Assembly (NCBI GenBank): GCA_046543235.1
Contig: JBKGZT010000005.1
Location: 1-37,947 of the forward strand
Reading direction: 5' to 3'
DNA: 37,947 nt
Source: Candidatus Acetothermia bacterium
GTDB taxonomy: Bacteria; Bipolaricaulota; Bipolaricaulia; M55B111
In this document: piece after piece, positions 10,929 to 18,882 of the stretch
How the letters are laid out: the number at the start of each line of letters is the position of its first letter
Numbering within the stretch: position 1 is the stretch's first letter
Made by a program: the position numbers and the translations under genes
The notes under the pieces: model-generated
What the model saw: only the letters and a program-made list of their open reading frames with translations
What the model was told of the DNA's origin: nothing
The model's database searches: none

Positions 10929-11453
10929 TTAAAGCTCCTCGATTCTTTGCTCTAGTTCTTCGACGTCCACGTGAGTTGCCTCGGGTATTCTGTCGACCAG
11001 CTCCGCTATTCCTTCCCCGCTGATTGCTATCGTCGGTACGACCGGTACCCCCAGTATTTCTTCCATCCGTTCCGCGTTAATACTGATGTTTGCTTTCTTC
11101 GCGTCGTCCCACATATTGAGGGCGACGACCAGAGGGTAGTCCCGTTCGAGGATTTCGAAGGCAAGGTAAAGGCCTCTCTCGATCTTGGTCGAGTCGAGGA
11201 TTGCGACGACCGTGGCCCCTTCGTGTTCCTTCATGATTTCCATCGCTACCTTTTCGGCCTCGTCCTTTGGTTCCGTGGAAAAGGTACCGGGGACGTCTAT
11301 TATCTTTGCTTCTTTGTCTTCTATGCGGGCGTAACCTTCCGTAAAGTCGACCGTCGTTCCGGGGTAGTTGGATTCCGTTATTTTCGCTCCGGTGAGCCGG
11401 TTGAACACCGCGCTCTTACCGACGTTGGGATGCCCCATCAGTAGGACCGTCAT
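10929..11453 (-). CDS. feoB: FeoB N-terminal GTPase domain as a separate ORF
   Basis: G1 GHPNVGKS, G2 NYPGTTVD, G3 DVPG, G4 NMWD, G5 region PTIA; TAA stop at 10931-10929. Confidence 0.92.
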   Translation of the reverse strand: MTVLLMGHPNVGKSAVFNRLTGAKITESNYPGTTVDFTEGYARIEDKEAKIIDVPGTFSTEPKDEAEKVAMEIMKEHEGATVVAILDSTKIERGLYLAFEILERDYPLVVALNMWDDAKKANISINAERMEEILGVPVVPTIAISGEGIAELVDRIPEATHVDVEELEQRIEEL

Positions 11454-11697
11454 TATTCACCTCTACGGTGATCCGCTTTGCCAGGTTAAGGCCAAGGGAG
11501 GTAGTGGATTTTCCTATCGTGACCACGACAGGACCGTTTATCGGCTGCTTCGTATCCATTCTTATTTCCTTGCCAACCCGGACCCCTCGACAGACCAGAC
11601 GTCGCTTCAATCCACGTTCTATTTCCCTGATCCGTCCCTTCTGGCCGTACTCGAGTTCGGAGAGCTTCTTCGTCTTCGTCCGGGTCAAGTCCGACAC
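11416..11697 (-). CDS. feoA: FeoA family protein
   Basis: LSEL..GQKGRI, RRLVCRGVRVG, QPINGPVVV, SLGLNLAKRITV fit the FeoA SH3-like pattern. Confidence 0.88.
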   Translation of the reverse strand: MSDLTRTKTKKLSELEYGQKGRIREIERGLKRRLVCRGVRVGKEIRMDTKQPINGPVVVTIGKSTTSLGLNLAKRITVEVNNDGPTDGASQRR

Positions 11698-11900
11698 ACC
11701 TTTACTTTGCTTGCCATTCCCCGCCCTATGGTTACGGTGTTTCCGTTCACCTTGACCGTCACGGGACCTCTATTGGATATTATCCGGAGGTTTTCTCCTT
11801 CGGAAATTCCGCGAAGAGCCAGCTTCTGTCGAATGCTTTTCCCTCCGGAAATCCCTATTACCCGAACGTGCTGTTCCGAATCCAGCCTGGATAGCGTCAT
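11685..11900 (-). CDS. feoA: FeoA family protein
   Basis: IRQKLALRGISEG, GPVTVKVNGNTVTIGRGMASKVKV. Confidence 0.92.
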   Translation of the reverse strand: MTLSRLDSEQHVRVIGISGGKSIRQKLALRGISEGENLRIISNRGPVTVKVNGNTVTIGRGMASKVKVCRT

Positions 11901-11903
11901 TCT

Positions 11904-12386
11904 TTATAAGTTGTCTCCTTCGTTTTCCCGCTCCGGCCCCTCGGAACACTCCGGTGGAAATTCGTCGTGTTTACAGTAATAGCTGAAGTGTTTGAGCCAG
12001 CGAACCTCGTCCTCCGGGCATCCCTCGACGAACTCGATGAAGCGGTTTAGTTGACTTATCGATTCCTCGCTCAGCGAGTGTTCTACCTTGCAGGCATCCT
12101 CGTCTGCCTGTTCCGGGGAAACCTGAAGCATCTCGAGGAACTTTCGGGTGTTTTCGTGGACCCGGGAGACGTCTTTGGCAACTTCCCTCCCTACCTCGGT
12201 AAGTGTAACTCCCTCGTATTTTCTATAGTTGATATATCCCCTATCCTCCAGTTTCTGGAACATCTCCGTCACGGAAGGTGCTTTGACGCCCAGATCGCGA
12301 GCGATCTCGTTTGTCCTAGCATGGCCCCGGCGGTTAAGAGAATTGTATATGCTCTCGAGATAATCCTCGAAACTTTTGTTTCTCAT
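11904..12386 (-). CDS. DtxR/MntR-family metal-dependent repressor
   Basis: EDYLESIY, IARDLGVKAPSVTEM, YEGVTLT, DACKVEH metal-site motif; Cys/His-containing C-tail instead of an SH3 domain. Confidence 0.93.
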   Translation of the reverse strand: MRNKSFEDYLESIYNSLNRRGHARTNEIARDLGVKAPSVTEMFQKLEDRGYINYRKYEGVTLTEVGREVAKDVSRVHENTRKFLEMLQVSPEQADEDACKVEHSLSEESISQLNRFIEFVEGCPEDEVRWLKHFSYYCKHDEFPPECSEGPERENEGDNL

Positions 12387-12387
12387 T

Positions 12388-12458
12388 TTGAAGTTTAGGT
12401 TGAAGTTTAGGTTTACCTAATGTTGGAAAATTATAAAACCACCCCGGGGCGCGATCAA
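12388..12458 (-). promoter_or_regulatory. Promoter and DtxR-type operator of the feo operon
   Basis: Minus strand TTGATC (12458-12453), 17 bp, TATAAT (12435-12430); palindrome TTAGG-N4-CCTAA at 12407-12420; 12-bp direct repeat TTGAAGTTTAGG at 12388 and 12400. Confidence 0.8.
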
Positions 12459-12516
12459 GTCCTCCGATCCTGATGAGATGGAATCATTTTCTTCACCGAT
12501 ATCCAGCTTAGAACCC

Positions 12517-12558
12517 AAAACATAAATAGCTGGGAAGCCCGGCAGAAAGCTTCCCAGC
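12517..12558 (-). terminator. Probable terminator of sufCB
   Basis: 10-bp stem GCTGGGAAGC (12529-12538)/GCTTCCCAGC (12549-12558) followed on the minus strand by TATTTATGTTTT. Confidence 0.6.
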
Positions 12559-12646
12559 GTCTCACGACGGATCTCAAAAATGTGAACGAATTGAGATGGT
12601 TCGGCAATGAAAAACGTGTGTATAGGGAATTTAGTCTTTCTAGCTC

Positions 12647-13981
12647 TTACATTTCACCTTCGACCGAGAGCTCGATTATCTTCCTTATCTCCGAGAGGTA
12701 TTCGTCGGGTAGGTCCTCGATTGCCGGCTCTATGAACCCCTGGACGATCAAACGGGTTGCCTCGTCCTCGTCCAGTCCCCGACTCATCAGATAAAAGAGT
12801 TCCTCCTCTTTTATCTTACCGATTGCCGCTTCGTGGGAGAGTTCGGCGTCGTCGACCTCCGAAGAGAGGCCGGGATATGTTTCCATTGCCGCGCCGTTCT
12901 CCATTACGAGAGCGTCGCAGCTTATATGTCCTTTTGTCCGGGAGTTTCGGGCGTTTATCGTGCCGCGGGTAATCACCCTGGATTCGTCCATGATAACCGC
13001 CTTGCTGTTGTTGATTCCAGTCGATTCTTCTCCTTCAAGATAGATCTCTCCGCCGAGATCGACGTGGGAATCCTCTTTGGTAAGGAGGATGTTGTTGATT
13101 TCTACCCTCCCACCTTCCTCGACCCAGTACTTCGGATCCGTTATGTTGGATTTACCCGGACCGAGCCCCACGGAGGTTATGGAGAGCTCGCCGTCTCTCG
13201 CTATCTTCCCCCTCTGAGTCGGCCTTGTGTGAACGTATTCCGGCCAGTTCTGGAGGACCGTCAGGTCCACGCTCGCCCCTTCTCCAACGTAAAGTTCCGT
13301 CATGTCCAGGTGAAGCGAGTGCCTGGAAAGTATCGGAGAGGTGCAACCCTCGATTAGTTTAATCTCGCTGTGAGGCTCTGCAAAGATCACGATATGTGGT
13401 GCCTGAGCCAGAGCTTCCTGTTGGATCAGGAAGAAGAGGTGGAGAGGGATCTCTTCTTTCACACCTTCTTTGACCCAGAGGAAGACGCCGCCATTCCAGA
13501 TGGCGGTATGATAGGCAGCCAGTTTGCTTTCTTCCGGATCGTAAAGTTGCATGAACCTTTCCCTTGCCTCCGGATACTCCCTTAAGGCCTCCTCCATCGG
13601 GGCCATAATCACTCCCCTCTCCTCCCACTTTTGCCGGAAAGAGGAGTCTATCATCCCGGTGTCGTCCTGAATAGTCAATCCCTGTAGCGCCCTCTGTTCC
13701 ATCTCGCTTATACCCAGTTCATCCAGGAGTTTTTTAGTATCCCGTGGCAGGTCGTCGAGGCTCTCGATCTCGTCGGCCGGGGTCTCGTCCCGCCTGGCTA
13801 TAAATTCCAGTGGATCGGAGATGATCGGGTCGGTGGACGGGGCCGATTTGAATCCCCGCATTCCTTGATATCTCTTCTCCGTCACCCATCCGGGCTCTTC
13901 CTTTCCCTCGGTCAATTCCTTGATCTGATTATCGATCTCCGGAACATCCTGTAATCTGGTCGAAGTATTAATCGCAACCAC
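12647..13981 (-). CDS. sufB: SufB/SufD-family Fe-S assembly scaffold (SmsB/archaeal SufB-like)
   Basis: AIWNGGVF, IEGCTSP, VLQNW, GHISCDAL, ETYP, ELSHEAAIGKI, LFYLMSRGL. Start trimmed from 14062 to the GTG at 13981 near the sufC stop; exact start uncertain. Confidence 0.9.
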   Translation of the reverse strand: MVAINTSTRLQDVPEIDNQIKELTEGKEEPGWVTEKRYQGMRGFKSAPSTDPIISDPLEFIARRDETPADEIESLDDLPRDTKKLLDELGISEMEQRALQGLTIQDDTGMIDSSFRQKWEERGVIMAPMEEALREYPEARERFMQLYDPEESKLAAYHTAIWNGGVFLWVKEGVKEEIPLHLFFLIQQEALAQAPHIVIFAEPHSEIKLIEGCTSPILSRHSLHLDMTELYVGEGASVDLTVLQNWPEYVHTRPTQRGKIARDGELSITSVGLGPGKSNITDPKYWVEEGGRVEINNILLTKEDSHVDLGGEIYLEGEESTGINNSKAVIMDESRVITRGTINARNSRTKGHISCDALVMENGAAMETYPGLSSEVDDAELSHEAAIGKIKEEELFYLMSRGLDEDEATRLIVQGFIEPAIEDLPDEYLSEIRKIIELSVEGEM

Positions 13982-14714
13982 ACTCCTCGTATATCTCGTT
14001 AAAGCCTTTTTTCTCGACTTCCTCGGCCAGCCCGGCGTCGCCAGAGGTGACGATTCGTCCATCTTTGAAGAGATGAACTTCCGCTCCGGCCAGGTTCAGA
14101 TCGTTCAGGGTGTCCCCGTAGTGGGTTATCAGTACGATCGCCGTATCCCGGTTCCGGAGGTAGTTTATCTGCTCGGCGATCAGTTTCAGTGAGTCGACGT
14201 CTATCCCGCTGTCCGGTTCGTCCAGGATCAGGAGGTCGGGCGAAATCAACCTTGCCTGCATTAGTTCGAGTCGCTTCCGTTCCCCCCCGGAGAAGCCGTC
14301 GTTTATCCCCCGGCCCAGTTCCTCCTCGTCAAAGCCCACGGAGTCGGCAGCCTTCATTATGGCTTCCTTCCTGCTCTCCGGGTCTTTGTAGCCGTTACGG
14401 TTTTTAAGTACGGTTTCGAGAAACCTTTCTATTTTCACGCCTTCGATCTTGGGTGGGTGCTGAAAACCCAGCATCAATCCCTTTTTAAGTCTTTCTCCGG
14501 GTGTAAGCTCTTCGGCCTCTTCTCCTTTTAGGCGAATCGAGCCTTCGTAGTTCTCGTAGTCCGGGTGTCCTGCTAGTGTCTTAGAGAAGGTAGATTTCCC
14601 GCTGCCGTTAGGTCCCATGATTACGTACAACCCCCCTTCTTCTGCTTCGAAATTCAGGTCGTGCAGTATCTCGTCTCCGTCGGAGCGGACCCTGAGGTTT
14701 CTGACTTTTAGCAT
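13968..14714 (-). CDS. sufC: Fe-S assembly ABC ATPase SufC/SmsC
   Basis: GPNGSGKST, LAGHPDY, FQHP, INDGFSGGERKR, ILDEPDSGID, ITHY; C-terminal CGC. Confidence 0.93.
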   Translation of the reverse strand: MLKVRNLRVRSDGDEILHDLNFEAEEGGLYVIMGPNGSGKSTFSKTLAGHPDYENYEGSIRLKGEEAEELTPGERLKKGLMLGFQHPPKIEGVKIERFLETVLKNRNGYKDPESRKEAIMKAADSVGFDEEELGRGINDGFSGGERKRLELMQARLISPDLLILDEPDSGIDVDSLKLIAEQINYLRNRDTAIVLITHYGDTLNDLNLAGAEVHLFKDGRIVTSGDAGLAEEVEKKGFNEIYEECGCD

Positions 14715-14760
14715 CGTATCACCTGAGTATTTAAAATTTCGATTGTCGTTCCTCTATATA

Positions 14761-14785
14761 AAAGTAGACTAATTTGCTCAACAAT
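14761..14785. promoter_or_regulatory. IscR/Rrf2-like operator upstream of sufC
   Basis: 25-bp imperfect palindrome AAAGTAGAC-TAATTTG-CTCAACAAT resembling type-1 IscR sites, just downstream of the predicted transcription start. Confidence 0.6.
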
Positions 14786-14793
14786 TCAAAGGT

Positions 14794-14822
14794 ATTTTAA
14801 CTCCATCCGGGCCTGCAGTCAA
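14794..14822 (-). promoter_or_regulatory. Sigma70-type promoter of sufCB
   Basis: Minus strand TTGACT (14822-14817), 17 bp, TAAAAT (14799-14794). Confidence 0.75.
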
Positions 14823-14905
14823 CCGAACCCGCCTATTTCCCGACTGACGAACTTTTGAAAAGACCCTCCAGAGCCGACCCCCGGGCCGACCAAGCTCCGG
14901 GATGC

Positions 14906-14934
14906 TTGTTCGTAGTTCCCTGGTGTACTAAAAT
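14906..14934 (+). promoter_or_regulatory. Promoter of nnr-tatD-nfo (probably leaderless)
   Basis: TTGTTC (14906-14911), 17 bp, TAAAAT (14929-14934), 6 nt before the ATG; no SD. Confidence 0.55.
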
Positions 14935-14940
14935 GACTCC

Positions 14941-16500
14941 ATGAAATACGTAACGAGATCCGAAAAGGTCAAGGAACTGGACCGGAGAGCTATTGAGGAC
15001 TGGGGGATAGCTTCTCCTGTTTTGATGGAGAATGCCGGTCGAAACGCGGTTGAGGCGATCGAGGAAGAGCTGGCTCCTCTTCCGGATAGAATCCTGGTAG
15101 TTGCCGGAAAGGGCAACAACGGGGGCGATGGTCTGGTCGTGGCGCGACGCCTGCTGGACCGGGGGCATCAGGTCGAGGTGTTTGTCCTGGGTGATAGAAA
15201 CGATCTTTCTTCCGAGACCAGAAGGAACGCCGAAATTCTGGAGCGAATGACCGAGAAAGTCCGTTACTGTCGTCCCGGGTACGAAGGACTTCTGCGGTCG
15301 ATTGAGTCTAATCCGCCGCTGATCGTCGACGCGATCTTTGGTATCGGTATCAAGGGCGAACTTAGAGGGAAGTACCCGAACCTGGTTTCCCGGATCAACG
15401 ACGCGGAAGGTAAGACGGTGGCGATAGACCTCCCCTCGGGCTTGCCCGCCGATTCCGGAGATCCACCGGGGAAGGCCGTCCGGGCGGATCTTACCGTGAC
15501 AATGGGCCTTTACAAACTTGGATCCCTCCTCTCGGGAGCGGAGGAGTACGTCGGATCCCAGAGGCTGGTTTCGGTCGGCTATCCGGATAAACTGGTGGAG
15601 GAGATACCAGGACTCTGGGGCACCCTCGACGACGAGACGGCCCGTGATCTGCTGCCGGAACGGCCGTCAGTCAGCCATAAAGGCAGCTTCGGTAGTCTGC
15701 TTGTCGTTGGCGGTTCCCGGGGTATGTCCGGTGCTCCCATGCTTGCCGCCAGAGGAGGTCTCCGGTCGGGTGCCGGTTTAGTTTTTCTCGCCGGACCGGA
15801 ATCCCTGAAGGACGTCTTCGAGACGAACCTGCAGGAGGTATTGACCGTCCCTGTTCCCGATCGCGAGGGGTCAATTGGACCGGAAGCCCTGGACTACCTG
15901 CTCGACGCCGCCGAGGGTAAGGAAGGTCTGGCCGTAGGACCCGGGATCGGCCGAATAAAAGGGGCGGCACGAACCGTAAGGAAGTTTCTCGACCGAGTGA
16001 GCGTTCCTCTGGTCCTGGACGCGGATGGGATCGTTGCGTTCTCCGGGGAAACCGAGGGTTTGAATGGGTTAAACGAGGCAGTTCTGACTCCGCACCCGGG
16101 TGAGCTGGCCCGCTTAATAGGGTCCGAACCGGCCGAAGTGGACCGAAAGAGATTTCAGCTTGTCCCGAAGCTTGCAGAGGAGTGGGGTGTTACGCTGTTG
16201 CTCAAAGGCCCCCCAACCGCGATAGCTTCACCGGAGGGTGACCTGGCCCTGGCCAGCTGTCCCAATAGCGGTCTGGCGAAGGGCGGCAGCGGAGACGTAC
16301 TGACGGGGTTTATCGGTAGCTTCCTCGCACAGGGACTTTCGCCGTTTTCCGCTGCGCGACTCGGTGCCTGGCTCCATTGCCGGATCGGCCGGCTTGGGAC
16401 AAGGAAAGGGAGCGAGTACTCGTTACAGCCCGGAGATCTGCTCGAATTAGTCGGCTCCGTTCTCTCCGGCTTGGAAGATAGGGAGGGGGAAGGACGATGA
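14941..16500 (+). CDS. nnr: Bifunctional NAD(P)H-hydrate epimerase/dehydratase
   Basis: LMENAG, GKGNNGGDG, VDAIFGIG, AIDLPSG (YjeF_N); SHKGSFG, VGPGIG, VLDADG, LTPHPGEL, LAKGGSGDVLTG (dehydratase). Confidence 0.95.
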   Translation: MKYVTRSEKVKELDRRAIEDWGIASPVLMENAGRNAVEAIEEELAPLPDRILVVAGKGNNGGDGLVVARRLLDRGHQVEVFVLGDRNDLSSETRRNAEILERMTEKVRYCRPGYEGLLRSIESNPPLIVDAIFGIGIKGELRGKYPNLVSRINDAEGKTVAIDLPSGLPADSGDPPGKAVRADLTVTMGLYKLGSLLSGAEEYVGSQRLVSVGYPDKLVEEIPGLWGTLDDETARDLLPERPSVSHKGSFGSLLVVGGSRGMSGAPMLAARGGLRSGAGLVFLAGPESLKDVFETNLQEVLTVPVPDREGSIGPEALDYLLDAAEGKEGLAVGPGIGRIKGAARTVRKFLDRVSVPLVLDADGIVAFSGETEGLNGLNEAVLTPHPGELARLIGSEPAEVDRKRFQLVPKLAEEWGVTLLLKGPPTAIASPEGDLALASCPNSGLAKGGSGDVLTGFIGSFLAQGLSPFSAARLGAWLHCRIGRLGTRKGSEYSLQPGDLLELVGSVLSGLEDREGEGR

Positions 16501-17273
16501 AGCCGAAACTGATTGACACGCATGCTCACGCCAATATGGGTCATTACGATGACGACAGGGTACGGGTAATTAATAGAGCCCGGCAAGCCGGGGTGGCGTT
16601 TCTAAACATGGGGCTTGATCTGCCCTCGAGTTACGAGTCGATAGAGCTGGCCAGCGAGTACGATAACGTCTACGCGGGAACCGGTTTTCACCCTCACGAA
16701 GCCGACGCGCTCGACGCCTCCGCCCTGAAAGAGCTCGCCAGGGCTTCCGGTGCCGAAGAAGTGAAGGCAATTGGAGAGATAGGCCTAGATTACTACCGCG
16801 AGAACTCGCCCAAGGAGGACCAGAGAAGGGCGTTTCGGGCTCAGCTGGATCTTGCCGTCGAAGCCGGTCTGCCCGTCTCGATCCACAACAGGGATTCCAC
16901 TAAGGATCTCCTGAAGATTCTGCATGGCCGTGAGGATCTGCCCTCGGGTGTTATTCACAGTTTTTTCGGCGACCGGGGGCTGGGTGAGGAGTTTATCGAT
17001 CTCGGCTTTCATCTCGGGTTGAGCGGTCCAGTTACTTTCGACGGAGAGGGTGAGCTGCGGAGCGCGGTGAGAGATCTACCCCTGGATAGGCTCGTCCTCG
17101 AGACGGACTCGCCTTTCCTGACACCCGAACCGAATCGCGGGAAGCGGAACGAGCCGGGTTACGTGGAGTTTGTGGCGAAAAAGGTAGCGGGTATCAAAGG
17201 ATTAACTCCGGAAAAAGTCGCGCGGATGACGACCAACAACGCCAGGCGGCTGTTTGATCTGGATGAGTACTAA
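16497..17273 (+). CDS. tatD: TatD-family hydrolase/nuclease
   Basis: IDTHAH, GFHPH, AIGEIGLDYY, IHNR, VIHSF, LETDSPFL, RGKRNEP; ATGA overlap with nnr. Confidence 0.94.
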   Translation: MKPKLIDTHAHANMGHYDDDRVRVINRARQAGVAFLNMGLDLPSSYESIELASEYDNVYAGTGFHPHEADALDASALKELARASGAEEVKAIGEIGLDYYRENSPKEDQRRAFRAQLDLAVEAGLPVSIHNRDSTKDLLKILHGREDLPSGVIHSFFGDRGLGEEFIDLGFHLGLSGPVTFDGEGELRSAVRDLPLDRLVLETDSPFLTPEPNRGKRNEPGYVEFVAKKVAGIKGLTPEKVARMTTNNARRLFDLDEY

Positions 17274-17289
17274 TCCCGGGGAACTGGGC

Positions 17290-18147
17290 ATGAAGCTAGG
17301 AGCTCATCTCTCCATCGCCGGGGGAATAGATAAGGCGGTGGACCGGGCTATGGAGTTAGACGTCAACGCTTTCCAGATATTTTCTCAAAACGTACGTTCC
17401 TGGAGCACCAGGGACCTGGAAGAGGAGGAGGTAAAACAGTTCAAGGAAAAGAGGAAGGAGGGGGAAATACTCTACGTCGTCGCCCATACGAGTTACCTAT
17501 TGAACCTGGCTTCGCCTAAGGACGACCTCTGGGAGAAGTCGAAGAAGGGTTTGCGTGAGGAGGTAAGGCGGGCCGATGAACTCGGTATCGAGGCGATAAA
17601 CACTCACATAGGTGCTCACACCGGCTCGGGAAGGGATGCGGGGCTTTCCAGGCTGGTGGAGGCGCTGGAAGAGGTGATCGGAACCGATACCTTCGTGAAT
17701 TCCGACGTCGAACTCTTGCTGGAAAACACCTCCGGAAGCGGTACAACTCTTGGAGCGGATTTTTCCGAGCTGGGGAAAGTGATGGACGGGCTGGGTCGCC
17801 CCGAGAAGGTTGGAGTATGTATCGATACGTGCCACGGTTATGCCGCCGGTTACGATTTTAGCTCGGAGCGGGGCCTTGACGCTACCCTGAAAGAGTTCGA
17901 TCAGGAAGTCGGGCTTGAGACTCTCGGGTTAATCCATCTCAACGATTCCGTCGGCGAGATCGGATCCAACAAGGACAGGCACGCGCACATTGGTCGTGGG
18001 AATATCGGCGAAGCCGGTTTTTCCGCCCTGGTAAATGACCCCCGACTGGAGGATCTCCCGTTCATTCTGGAAACCCCAAAAGAAGAACTGGACGGAGAGG
18101 AAGCTGACAGAGTCAATCTTGATACGATAATGAGGCTCAAATCCTAG
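17290..18147 (+). CDS. nfo: Endonuclease IV (AP endonuclease)
   Basis: GAHLSIAGG, FQIF, HTSYLLNL, LLENT, CIDTCH, HLNDS, DRHAHIG, ILETP. Start set to ATG 17290 (17263 also possible). Confidence 0.95.
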   Translation: MKLGAHLSIAGGIDKAVDRAMELDVNAFQIFSQNVRSWSTRDLEEEEVKQFKEKRKEGEILYVVAHTSYLLNLASPKDDLWEKSKKGLREEVRRADELGIEAINTHIGAHTGSGRDAGLSRLVEALEEVIGTDTFVNSDVELLLENTSGSGTTLGADFSELGKVMDGLGRPEKVGVCIDTCHGYAAGYDFSSERGLDATLKEFDQEVGLETLGLIHLNDSVGEIGSNKDRHAHIGRGNIGEAGFSALVNDPRLEDLPFILETPKEELDGEEADRVNLDTIMRLKS

Positions 18148-18363
18148 TTTTCTTAGTTCTTTCCCCTTACAAGGAATAACTTAACTAGCTAATAAACTAC
18201 GTTTCGGTTTCTCAAATTCCCTCTCGGGGGGTCGATCAAACCTATGCGGACCTATCCGGTGGAGTTCATTCGCCAGTTACTTCCATCGAGGACATGATCT
18301 CTAAGATGGTGAGGAATTGAGTTATCGCTATTCCCAGTGTTTCCCGGGAAAGGACACCAAAAG

Positions 18364-18392
18364 TTGATATTTTGACCCCCTTATATTAAAAT
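18364..18392 (+). promoter_or_regulatory. Promoter of spoVS
   Basis: TTGATA (18364-18369), 17 bp, TAAAAT (18387-18392). Confidence 0.6.
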
Positions 18393-18537
18393 TCTTCCTG
18401 AATAAATACCCGAATAAACGCGATAAGTAGGCTCAGGGAAATCAATCGTGGCTTGATTTACCCGGTAGGTTAATGCCGAGTCTAGCCAAAAGAGGCTCTA
18501 GGCTATTGGCCGCAAAACCCGTCGGGAGGTATAGGAT

Positions 18538-18804
18538 ATGGAAATATTAAAAGTAGCGTCGAGTTCAAATCCTAACTCCGTCGCCGGAGCAATAGCGGGA
18601 GCGATTGAATCGGACGGAATAGTAGAAGCACGCACCATCGGAGCGGGAGCGGTAAATCAGGCCGTAAAAGCGATAGCGATCGCTCGCCGTTTGCTGGATG
18701 GGGAAGGAGAAAATCTCAGCGTGATCCCGGGATTTATTGACCTGGAAATAGATGGGGAGGAAAAGACCGGGGTGAAGTTCGTCATCAATCTAAAAGAGGA
18801 ATAA
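18538..18804 (+). CDS. spoVS: SpoVS family protein
   Basis: MEILKV..SNPNSVAGAIA, IGAGAVNQAVKAIAIAR, IPGF.D.EIDGEEKT; SD GGAGGT. Confidence 0.96.
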   Translation: MEILKVASSSNPNSVAGAIAGAIESDGIVEARTIGAGAVNQAVKAIAIARRLLDGEGENLSVIPGFIDLEIDGEEKTGVKFVINLKEE

Positions 18805-18882
18805 CTAAGAGGTCTTTTCGGATTCTCTTCTCTCCCTAAACTCTTTCATGTAGTCCAATTATTTCCGTATTTCCAATTTGAG

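Noticed and set aside
13982..14062. N-terminal extension of sufB in the ORF track
   Set aside because: It lies inside sufC and has atypical composition.
18148..18363. Hidden RNA gene (tRNA, 6S, SRP) in the nfo-spoVS gap
   Set aside because: I found no cloverleaf, T-loop or long pairing by eye; a covariance search would be needed to exclude it fully.
18538..18804. spoVS as evidence of sporulation
   Set aside because: SpoVS occurs in many non-sporulating phyla and no other sporulation genes are present.
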